Below are positions 42,037-53,190 of a DNA stretch of 64,000 nt, piece after piece. The stretch spans positions 6,882,001 to 6,946,000 of the forward strand of contig NC_043004.1 of assembly GCF_006345805.1 (NCBI RefSeq), in the 5' to 3' direction. This DNA is from Octopus sinensis (lineage: Eukaryota). Below the pieces are notes generated by a model. It did no database searches and was not told where the DNA came from. It was given only the letters and a program-made list of their open reading frames with translations. Made by a program: the position numbers and the translations under genes. Numbering within the stretch: position 1 is the first letter of the stretch; every line of letters starts with the position of its first letter.

Positions 42037-44311
42037 AAGAACATAAGAATAATGTAACTAGAACTAAATTATCCAAACAAAACACACACACATACAGACA
42101 TCATATAAACATTTGTTTAAATTATGCAGATTACCTTGGTGTTCTGCTTTTTTGAATTATTCTAAGTCCCTTGACTACTGAAAATAAGGTTGGACAATTG
42201 CCATGCTAATGGCTAAAGTGTCTGTAACTCTACTCATCACCAAACAATAAGCTTGTCCTTTTCTTTAATGGCATATCAACTCTGGAGAAATTCTTGATTA
42301 TTGAGATTACCTCCCTTTATCATGTGCAGCTGGTCATAATTGCCATTTGGTAATTTTGATACATCTTCTAGAGGCAGAGATAATTTCAATAAATCAAGAA
42401 TCTATGTTGTGTGGTATTTGATATACCTGTATATGACTATGTTGTTCAAATACATGCCACTGGCCACTCTGAATTTTTATTTCCCACCACTGTCTATCTA
42501 TTTGGCTCTACCTCTAATTCATTCTCTCTCTCTGTCTTCTAAATGTGAGTAGGTATGTAACTCTTCTACAACAAAAAGATGCTCCACTCCAACCTCTTCC
42601 TTCATATCTTAATCACATGTAAAATATGGATACAGCATCCTCCCTCTCTAGGTTTGTTGACTTGTATGAACAACATGGTAACCCCAATTGTGCCAGTGAC
42701 ATGAAAAACTTGCAGTACACACTGTAAAGTGATTGATGTTGGGAACAGCATCCAGCTTCAGAAACTATGTCAAAGCAGACAGTGAAGTACAAAGCAGCTC
42801 TTTTAACCCATCAGATCCTTGTCAACAGTCCAACCCACACCAGCATGGAACATGGACATTAAAAGAGGGTTACGGCATATATGTGTGTGTGTGGCATGTG
42901 GCCAAGTGGCTAGTGTTGGGGTCGAGGGCTCAGTTCCTGCACAGGGCTGCACGTTATGTCCTTGAGCAAGGCATTTCATTTCATGTTATTCCAACTTACT
43001 CAGCTGTAAATAACTAGCAGCCAAGTGCCGGCATGGTCGCTTCCTCTCCTCCCAGTTCCCAAATCATCAATATTAAGCTGGGTTGAGGGTAGGAAAGCTC
43101 AGAGCATGTCTACATCTGCTCGCAACTACAGAGGCACCTAGAATGATTAGAGAAAGCACGGTACAAGCTCGTTATACTCGATCGAGAGTGACGGCTAAAC
43201 TTAAGCGCGCACACGCATGATTGATATTTTGATATCGTTTCCTATTTTTTTACCCAAAATTCTGAAAGATATATATCTAATATAAAGAGTTTATGAGAGA
43301 CCATCGACCTGTTTGAAATAAAAGCAAAATCTCATTCAAACAACATCCTAACGTTTAGCAAAAGATAACGCCTTGGTCAAAGCTGGGATAGCTTTTCAAA
43401 TCATAGGTCTATCTGCTCTGCAGTCTTGACCTTGGGCTAAACAGCGACATGTATGTACATATACACACAAAAACAGATAGATGTACAGTTCCCATTTGTT
43501 AACGCAAACGTATACAGTAACAGATAGGTCTAGAATAGATATTTGCGGAGTATGGTTTAACTCAGAGGCGTTTTCATAATTGACAGGTATTTGCTTTAGT
43601 CTATTCAGCTGATAACCGGTTCCACAAATGGTTAGCATCAGAAAGGGCAACCATCAGGCCCATGTCGTAGACAAACGGAATAAATATAAAAGTTCACTTA
43701 TACACACCTCCATACACAGAACTTTACAAGATATTCGGCTTATATATATATATATATATATATATACTTGTTTCAGTCATTTGATAGCAGCCATGCTGGA
43801 GCACCGCCTTATGTTATATACATATATATTACATACACATATACAGCATGCATATAGGTGCCATGTACTATATGCGTAACTAATCAATCGGTGATATTAA
43901 TTCATTATTATTTTATATACCTGCATATTTAAAGCATGCACGTTTGTCTTAAGAGTATATATAAAACAACGTACTAAGAACATCATGTATATATGTGTAT
44001 GTGTGGTTATTACGCCTATATATATATATATATATATATATAGCGTAATAACCACAGTTCGACCTATCCCACCCTATGTAACAACCGGAACATTTATGAT
44101 GGTAATGATGTAAACGGTGAAAAAGTCGATGTTGGTGGTGATGATTACTAAAGTGGCATCAGCTGACAATAACAACATACGAATGCCCAGTTTGGCTAGA
44201 CTTTTTATTAGTACTATTTTTTTTTTCTTAAAAAAAAATTAACTTCCGATATTTTTCATCTTAACACGAGTTTGGCAACTAATTTTTCTCTCAACCTTTC
44301 TCGTTAACTAC

Positions 44312-44360
<49 letters not shown>

Positions 44361-44647
44361 ACATTTTTTAAAATCAAACTTCTTTGTAGTATAAAAAAAT
44401 TATTATCCATCGCAGAACGATATTTTGACTAAATAAATATTATTTTGCATATGCTTCAATATATATATATATATATATATATAGGTATGTGTGTTTTATA
44501 TCATTCTTGGAAATTCAAAGACGTTTTTCCGCTCATTCATATTTTATGTGAATAAATATGTGGAACTATCTTTTAGAACATGTATGTATATAGGTGTGTG
44601 AATGTGTGTATATACACACACACACTATATACACCCACTCTAAACAC

Positions 44648-44683
<36 letters not shown>

Positions 44684-44942
44684 GTATGTGTGTCTTGCAA
44701 ACATGTCTGCATTTTACGTGTATGTTATACATGTGGCGCAACAAAAATTGTACCCAAACAAATGATGATAATTAACTGATAAATAACATAGATTAATAAA
44801 TAACAACGAGTCATTCACGGAAAATATTTTAAGTTTCATGTTATACGCACATATATATACACATCTGTATTCACTCATATATATACATATATTTATGGTT
44901 CCCATTTGCCGACGTGGACGTACAAAATATATACGCCACGAA

Positions 44943-44993
<51 letters not shown>

Positions 44994-45721
44994 CGTAGGT
45001 AGAGTATACGCAGTATATATATATTGATGTAGTTCCCACTTGCCGACGTGGACGTATAGTAAATTATATATACTCGCGCGTGGCGTATTTAACGAAGAGT
45101 TGTCTTCATAAATGACAAGTACATTAGATAGATAGATAGATAGATAGATACGCGTGTGACGCATGTGTAATACATATAAAGATAACGTATGTACGTAAGC
45201 GTGAAGATATATAAAAAAACGTGTGTCTGCATGTATGTATAAAGCAGGTACTTCGTGGGCATGCAAACGTATGTCTGTGTGTAAAGGAGGCAGGATGTCG
45301 TACGGCTGGGGATACTACGAAACACATTTTTCGGCTAGGTCACATTTATATACCTACATGTGCATATATATATATATGCATGTATGTATGTATGTATACA
45401 TGTGTATGCATATACATATATATACATACACACACAGCTTTCACACATGTTCACATAAACACACACTAACGTGTGTGTGTATATATACATACATACATAT
45501 ATATATATATTTGTATATATATATATATACAGCGTTATGTGTATTATTCACATACATAGGTAGATTAATAGCAGCAGACTATTAAAGTGGTTGAATCGGT
45601 GGTTGATGGGTCATTAGTAAATGCTCAAGTTTTCGGTAAGCACATGTAGCCGGAAACTGGGGGTGGGTTGGAAAAAAAAAATAAAGGATGGTTTTTTTAA
45701 GGCAAAACCGTTTTAACTTAC

Positions 45722-46058
45722 CTTGTATACTACGTCGGCGAGCCGTTTCCCTTAAATCGTAGCCGGGCGAAGTCCGTTGATGTTCAACGGGACTCAAGTT
45801 CGGACTTAAGTTCAAGATAGGTGGACTGTGTGTGCTAAAGAAGTGTCCTGTGTTGTCATTATTGGAGTTGGTCGGCATGTTGGTAATCTGCCCCATTTCA
45901 GAGAGCAGAGTACCGCTTTCGGGTGTGTAGAGAGACTCCGAGGCGGCAGAGACTAAAGATGGTGAGATACGACCGCTGTAACTGGCTGAAGGTTTCGACG
46001 ACAGAAGAGAGTATGTGCGGGCAAGTTGGGCTTCTTTCTGGCTAGTGGCAACTGGCAT
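45722..46058 (-). CDS. First coding exon (112 codons + 1 nt) of an unidentified gene with a Ser/Pro-rich N-terminus, MPVATSQKEAQLARTYSLL...SPGYDLRETARRRSIQ
   Basis: GC/CpG-rich open frame in an AT-rich background, starting gacATGc at 46058. It ends at a consensus donor CAAG|GTAAGT (GT at 45721-45720, phase 1). A candidate upstream acceptor ttttcttcaatccttatctgttacag| lies at 46171. Family not recognised. Confidence 0.7.
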
Positions 46059-47215
46059 GTCGTGGGATCGACTTAGCCTCTGTTCCACTTTGTGTCCACA
46101 CGAGCTTAACACACAAAAAAGCTAAGCTGTTCACTAGATTAAATAAGCTTTCCTTATGAGAAAATCTGGATCTGTAACAGATAAGGATTGAAGAAAATAA
46201 ATACAAAATTTAGATAGAGAAAACAGCTACTTTTTTGTTTTTCTATCTTTCTTATGTCTACTTTAACATCTAACGAATAAATGATAGGAGGGGATGGAAA
46301 GACGAGAGAAATCAGAAAAGAATGTATTGACCGATGTGTAGTGATGAGGCTCCTTACGAACGTGTGCGTGTATGTATATATCTGTGTATGTACGTACATA
46401 CATACGAACGTCAGTATGCAGGCGTGTAGGTATGTAAATATATATATATATATAGCTGTGTTTATATGTATGTGTATAGTTTGTTCTATACATACATGCA
46501 CAATCAATCGTCTTATTTAACCTCTTCCAAACAGTTCACACAGATTTCGAAATAGTTGTTGTTTTATTAATGACTCGATGGAGTTTCTAACAAATATTTT
46601 TATGAAATTCCAAGTAATTTCCTCAGCGATATTATTGTTCATAGATAATAACAGTTTCTGTTTCGAGAGAAGGCCACTTATAAAGAATACATACAAGTGT
46701 CGATATATAGGTACTTATTTTATTGATCTCGATGGGATGAAATACTAGATGAGATGCGAACTTGGAATCGTCGAGTATTGAACTTAACGATTCTCAAATA
46801 CTGTTCAGCATCAATCCAACTTCTCCACTATTTATGTTTTCACCAAATAATTTATTTTTTCCTTGAAAGTTTTCTATAAGGAAAATAGAAGTTGTGGTGT
46901 TCATACATTTCACAAGTATTGAGCCAATATGGTGCTGTAATAATATAAATCATATTGTTGGATATATTTCTTAAATCAGTAATTTTGATTTTTTTTTTTC
47001 AAGAAACTAAACTATTTATTTGATTTAAAAAAATAAAAATTCAATTTGTATAAAATAAATCCTGAAGCTTTGAACTCTGGTAGAAGAAAAAAAGTGGGAG
47101 GCATGAAGAAAAATAACAAAGTAAAATAACCCACCGAACGTATCTTATAGAAATTAATGAGAAGGAATGAAAGAATAAATAGAAACACAGTCGGACGAAT
47201 ATAACAAGCTAAAAG

Positions 47216-47308
47216 CTATTGGGACTGATAACGCCATGCAGTCGGCGGCATGCAGTATTGCACCAAGGCTTGCACAGTGAAGACTAATACCACTGCATCA
47301 AGGGCCAT
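47216..47308 (-). CDS. Candidate 30-aa uORF/smORF MALDAVVLVFTVQALVQYCMPPTAWRYQSQ upstream of the minus-strand gene
   Basis: Strong Kozak context gcaATGG. The ORF closely coincides with a small GC-rich island. TATAAAA (- strand) at 47345-47339 and a candidate donor CG|GTGGGT at 47135/47134. Confidence 0.4.
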   Translation of the reverse strand: MALDAVVLVFTVQALVQYCMPPTAWRYQSQ

Positions 47309-48378
47309 TGCCACCACCAATGCGGACTGTTTATCACATTTTATACTGCAGCATCTCTCCCTTATTTCTTTCAGAGCTTCGTTTCCCTTTTTGTAACCTT
47401 TTTAAACTTTTTGTACCTTTATCACTTTTAGAAGTCGTTTTAAATATCCTCTTCAAGTAAATATAATATTTCATGTTTTGAAAAAAAAAATACGTCATAA
47501 TATTAATGATTTCTTTTATGAATAATAATAATAATATAGTTCATGGAAAATTCTTTAAAAAAAAAACATTGAAATATCTTTATTTCAGATACCATCATAT
47601 GATGCGATTTAATTTCATCCGGTTCAATAATACTGCAACATATTTATACTAGGGTGGGGGACCTATGAGTGAACGAGGGTTTCATTCTAAGTCTATTATT
47701 AAAAAGAAGGTAAAGAAGAAAAGAAAAACATGCTTTCGATCGAAACCTTTATTAATAGCGATCGAAAATATACTTCCTATACCGGATGTTTCACTGCAAG
47801 GCTATCATCAAGCAGATAGCAGTCGTAGGATTTGCAGGTATATAATATATGACGAAGCTGTCTGATCCGGTTTCAAGTTTAGCTTGGGAATATGACGCAT
47901 ATAAAATGTTCAATAGCGGATGTGGATTGAGATCAAGATATTTTCTTGCGAATTAGACTTCATGTGATCAATTGATTTCATATAAACTTAAAACAATTAC
48001 TTTTCTTTATAATTTTCATGAAACCAAATTTTTAAAAAAATAAATAAAAAAAGGTGGGATGGAGAGAGTTTAGAAAACGAAGTTTTCTGGCTATGGAGGT
48101 CAGGAGAAAAATGTCGGTTTGTGTCAATGTCTCGTAGAGCGACGAAGTTTCTTTCAATTTCGCGATTTTTGAATGGTTTATTTGACATAGGAATACAAAT
48201 AAATATCTATTGCAATGTGAAATTAATGACATTACCAATATATATATATATATATATATAGTTCTTTCGAGTCTTATTTTAAGCTTTCAAAATTCTTTAC
48301 AAAATCTGATGGATCTTATTTTACTGAGAAAAATGTAAACAGAAAAGATTGAAGCAGAAACTAGTGTGTGTATATATA

Positions 48379-48420
<42 letters not shown>

Positions 48421-49299
48421 CAGCTGATAATGTAAAAATATGTCAACAAAAGATCTGTCACATTAAAATATTACAACAGTAGGTTTTTCACTTGACCAAA
48501 ATTTAACTGACGTTTAATTTGAAGTCTATTTCAATTTCTTTTAAAAACAAAACTGAGATCAAGAAATATTGTTCTTGTTCTTCCAATTTAAATACCCCTA
48601 AGCTAACCTTACTAAAATCTTTTACCCTCAATAAAGGCCTATAGTTAGCTTCTCCTTCACATGTGGGTGCTATATTTTATGCTAAAAGTACATGCTTAGA
48701 ATCTCACTTTTTACGTATTCAATAAACATCGAGTATGGAATAGAATTGTGCGTGTGTGTGTGTATTCATTTAATACTTCAGAGTGTAAACTGCATTTAAA
48801 GAAAACCTAAAGCTGTTTAGTTTTTCTAAACAGAATACATCAGCTATAAAAGTTTAATTAATACTTAGAACTACAGTATGTTTTATTACAACCAGCCAAC
48901 CAACCAACCCGCCGGCTTTAAGATACGTACAATTAACCATACCAACCTCTGGTTTCGTTCTCTCTATATCTCCCGTATCCAGTTCGAGGTATACAATAAT
49001 AAATGAAGATATATGATATAGAGCTTTATAATAAAGTCTCCCAATTTTACTTGCTATATAATCTGTTGAGGTCTAAAGTTGTTTAAGGATTCGTTAAAAT
49101 GTATAAGAAAAATAATGTACCCTCCAAATTTGTAAAACGAGAGAGAGCAGACAGGTAACTGAAGCCAGTATAATTTGGCTGAGTAAACGATTTCACCAGC
49201 AACTAAGTATATAAGAAATATTTCAGCCGATATTACCTATCCCTAAGCTAAACTACTGGAATATGAATAGACAAACATCGGGTGGAGTGCCAAGAAAAG

Positions 49300-49930
49300 G
49301 ATTCCCCGCCTACTTTTAGTGACGTCACATCCGTAGGAAATACCTTTTGACACAATGTTTTGTTTTGTTGACGAATTTTTTTAAAATTTTGAACATCGTC
49401 GATATCCGGTATGTAAAATATAAACAAATTTTGAAACTTGAATAAAAACAATTTTATTTAATATTTTCATGATTATATTAGAAATATATAAGTAAAATTT
49501 TAAGTTTCGAATAATAATCTTGAAATAATATTTTCTTTTTGTTTTACTTTTTTAATCCTTTTTATCCGTCATGTATACAATAATAAACAATGACGTCATT
49601 ATATCACTTGATCCAAATGCTGTAATTTGATTGGTCAAAATGTTATTGTTTTGATGATGACGAATGTATGTTTTTTTTAGAGAGTACATTCGAGAAAGAC
49701 GTGTTTGTATGCGAATGAGTTACTCGGTGGAAGGAATCTGTGCCATGAACACAGGGAACATTATACATCATCGCCCTGATCAAAATTCATTTAAAAACCG
49801 GACTTCGAGTTGTAAAAACAAATCAGTTTATGTCTACACAACAAATCGCATAGGCATCTATCTATGACTGGAAGCATCAACAGACAGGCTTTCACTTTGG
49901 AAGACGAAAAAAAGCTAATCGCCATTTTGA
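49300..49930. promoter_or_regulatory. Promoter region of PNRC, possibly bidirectional
   Basis: Two perfect CRE palindromes TGACGTCA (49320-49327, 49591-49598), GC-box-like ccccgcc (~49304-49310), inverted CCAAT box (49630-49634) and YY1-type CGCCATTTT (49920-49928), all within CpG-retaining DNA between divergent genes. Confidence 0.65.
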
Positions 49931-49956
49931 GAACGAAAACTGTTTTTATCAAGTGA
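49864..49956 (+). CDS. Candidate 30-aa uORF MTGSINRQAFTLEDEKKLIAILRTKTVFIK in the PNRC leader
   Basis: Its ATG overlaps the TGA of the preceding uORF (49664/49709-49867) as ATGA. It lies just downstream of the promoter motifs. Confidence 0.35.
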   Translation: MTGSINRQAFTLEDEKKLIAILRTKTVFIK

Positions 49957-50748
49957 CTCTTATTTTTCTTTTCTCTCCTATTTTGTTATTATTTCAATAA
50001 TTACCTTTACTTTTTTTAGGTCTTGTAGTTATATTTTTCTTATTTCAAGAAATCAACTTCTAAATTTTAATTTGGTTAATGTTTTTTTTTTGTTAAGAGT
50101 AACTTCGCTTTCACTAAATCTTGACTATTTTTAATTTTTGTAATTATTTCTCAAGTAGATTAATATTAAGCTATCAGAAATATAACTCTTTATTTTTACG
50201 ACAAAAAAAAACAGAAAGAAAAGAAAACAAAGCTAAGTTATAATTTTTTATATGTAAAGTAAAAATAGAAATTTTTAAAAATATTTAAATCCTATTTAAC
50301 TGTAAAGAGGTGAAGAAGAAGAAGAAAAAGCTCGTTGAACTGGTTTTATTATCAAACAGCCATAATAAGTGCGTGTATTTTTATCTGCTACCATCAGACC
50401 AGAGTCGAGTGCTTGCAGTGGTGTACGTGTTTAGAAGCTAGCAGCTAAAAACAACAACATTAACAGAGCAGTAGCAGTGAGTGAAGCTAAGCTCGCCAGC
50501 ATCTGGAACAAATCTAGTCTGCTGCTGTTTATTATTATTATATGCTTTACCTGTGTATGTTTACACAAACCTGCTGCCAGTCACTTTAACTTTCGCCAGG
50601 CGATTAGCTCAACAACGAAAGTAAAGCACTTTTCACCTTCGAATTTAATGAACACCATTTTGATTCTTGCAAATAGCAGCAGCAACAACAACAATAATAC
50701 TACAAATATTAATAACCAAAGAAAACCTGCAGCAAAGATTTTTGACCT

Positions 50749-51693
50749 ATGACTTTCCCCAAAATGAAGAAAATTGGAACGGGTGCTTCAGGACAAGTGC
50801 GGCTGCAACGCCAATCCATGGCAGGTACAACAAAGAGAGCCTATCAACATCATCACCATCACCAACAACAGCAGCAGCACTCTTTTAATAAGAATGGACC
50901 AGCCATCTCTTCTGACAACAGCTTTGCGTTATCTACGCCATCGATGAATCGGGTGGCGCAGCAGCAGCAACAACAACATAAACTGCAGCAGCAGCACTTG
51001 CAGCAGTTAATTCAAAAGCTGCAGTCGAACAACAACAATAATTCAAACAATATGGCTGTGTTGCCACAAATGTATTATTCGTCCTATACACAGCAGCAGC
51101 ATCAACACCAGCAACTGCAAACACCACACTTTAATAACAACCAACAACGTCGGCACAACAGTAGCAGTATTACTACTGCAACCACCACCACCTCTACTAA
51201 TAATAATAATCAGCAGCTCCGCAGCTTACTCACACACGAAGGAGACATTCCGTCCTTGGCCTCTACTACAACCACTAATAATAATAATAATACCAGTCAA
51301 GTGTCATCTAAAGCGGACACAGCTCCCTCTAGTGCTGTTCCGGGTAATGCCTATGCAGCGGCCAAATTCAGTGACCCTCCTTCACCCAAAGTGCTTCCGA
51401 AACCGCCTGTTCATTGGACTACAACGACAAAGACCACAGTTCCTTTCAATAGTGACGACATGGCATTATCGTTTCAAGCAGCGATGGCAGCTGCCAGTGC
51501 AGCAGCATCGAAGAGCCACATCCCCATGGGTAACAACAACAACATCAGCATCAATAATGTTGGTAGTAATATCAGTTGTGCTAGTGATGCCAGACTGCCC
51601 TTCCCTGCTGCCCCTCCTCCTTACTGTTCCAGTTCTGCTGATAACATCACCAGTCATTTGAGGATGATGCTCAAGTTAACAGTTCAGGCGTAA
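50749..51693 (+). CDS. PNRC: Proline-rich nuclear receptor coactivator family protein (PNRC1/PNRC2-like), uninterrupted 314-aa ORF with poly-Q/N/T tracts
   Basis: Contains YAAAKFSDPPSPKVLPKPPVHW, matching the PNRC signature YAGAKFS(D/E)PPSPSVLPKPPSHW. The C-terminus ITSHLRMMLKLTVQA resembles the vertebrate PNRC end (HLKTLLKVQ). The start could be ATG 50749 or 50764. Confidence 0.9.
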   Translation: MTFPKMKKIGTGASGQVRLQRQSMAGTTKRAYQHHHHHQQQQQHSFNKNGPAISSDNSFALSTPSMNRVAQQQQQQHKLQQQHLQQLIQKLQSNNNNNSNNMAVLPQMYYSSYTQQQHQHQQLQTPHFNNNQQRRHNSSSITTATTTTSTNNNNQQLRSLLTHEGDIPSLASTTTTNNNNNTSQVSSKADTAPSSAVPGNAYAAAKFSDPPSPKVLPKPPVHWTTTTKTTVPFNSDDMALSFQAAMAAASAAASKSHIPMGNNNNISINNVGSNISCASDARLPFPAAPPPYCSSSADNITSHLRMMLKLTVQA

Positions 51694-52489
51694 GACAAAC
51701 AGACACAGACAGATAGACAGATCGTGGCATATCTGGACTCCCTCATGAAATATAAAAAATAACCAAAAAAATACGACAAAAATATATACAGAACGAATCA
51801 GGAAATAAGAAGAATAATATAAGATGATTAAAAAATGACGAACGAAACGAATAAGTTAAAACTATTTAAAAACAGAAAATGAAAATCGTCTGGGTGGGGG
51901 GTTTATCAAAATGTGAATCAAGAGAACCACTTCCGAACAGTTCTTTAAAAAAAATCTGTGTTATCTGATCGGCGAACATTCCAAATATTTTTATAATGAT
52001 TATGGATCAGTATTAACGAAATGTGCTTTTTTTCAGTGAAGGTGCATTTTTTATTACTGATGAGATATAGATATAAATTGTATATATATATATATATAAA
52101 ATATATATAAGTGTGTATATGTACATGCCACAAAATCTGCCATATCAAACAATTCACTAGACCTTTCATACGTGTTTCCTCAACTCGTCCCATCTTCACC
52201 GCCACCCCTATCTCCTGCCCGCCTCCCCTACTTCAACACTACGCATGAAGGTGTCAAAAGGCAAAAAACCCACCTTTTTTTTTTTTGCGTATCCCCTGCC
52301 CCAATGGTCTTATACACCACCATCTAATAACTGCCAAACGAACAGGTCGACATTTTTTAAAAATATATCTTTGATTCTATATTTATATATCTATATCTAT
52401 ATTGACAGATCATAGCTTATCGCTTCCATTCACACACACACACATACATGCTGATATGCATATATATGTATGAATATATATATATATAT

Positions 52490-53190
52490 ATAACGCATTA
52501 TATATATACGAATATATATATAACGCATTATATATACGAATATATATAATGCATTTATATATATGAATGTATGTATAATGCATTTATATATATAAATGTA
52601 TGTACAATGCATTATATATATATGAGTGTATGTACAATGTATTATATATATATGAATGTATGTACAATGCATTATATATGAATGTATGTACAATGCATTA
52701 TATATATGAATGTATGTACAATGCATTATATATATGAATGTATGTACAATGCATTATATATATGAATGTATGTACAATGTATTATATATATATGAATGTA
52801 TGTACAATGTATTATATATATATGAATGTATGTACAATGCATTATATATATATGAATGTATGTACAATGCATTATATATATATGAATGTATGTACAATGC
52901 ATTATATATATATGAATGTATGTACAATGCATTATATATATATGAATGTATGTACAATGCATTATATATATATATATGAATGTATGTACAATGCATTATA
53001 TATATATGAATGTATGTACAATGCATTATATATATATGAATGTATGTACAATGCATTATATATATATATGAATGTATGTACAATGCATTATATATATATA
53101 TGAATGTATGTACAATGCATTATATATATGAATGTATAATGCATTTATATATGTGAATGTATAATGCATTTATATATGTGAATGTATATA
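52490..53190. repeat. Minisatellite, ~28-30-bp unit gaatgtatgtacaatgcatta(ta)n, downstream of the PNRC stop
   Basis: About 20 tandem copies that vary in (TA) length, with degenerate edges. Confidence 0.9.

Noticed and set aside
45582-46112. 176-aa single-exon ORF as listed in the track
   Set aside because: A consensus donor at 45721 and a composition shift indicate the last ~45 codons are intron read-through; the non-ATG start is unsupported.
52430-53103. Repetitive ORFs (MHCTYIHIYI, ECMYNALYIY)
   Set aside because: Translations of the minisatellite.
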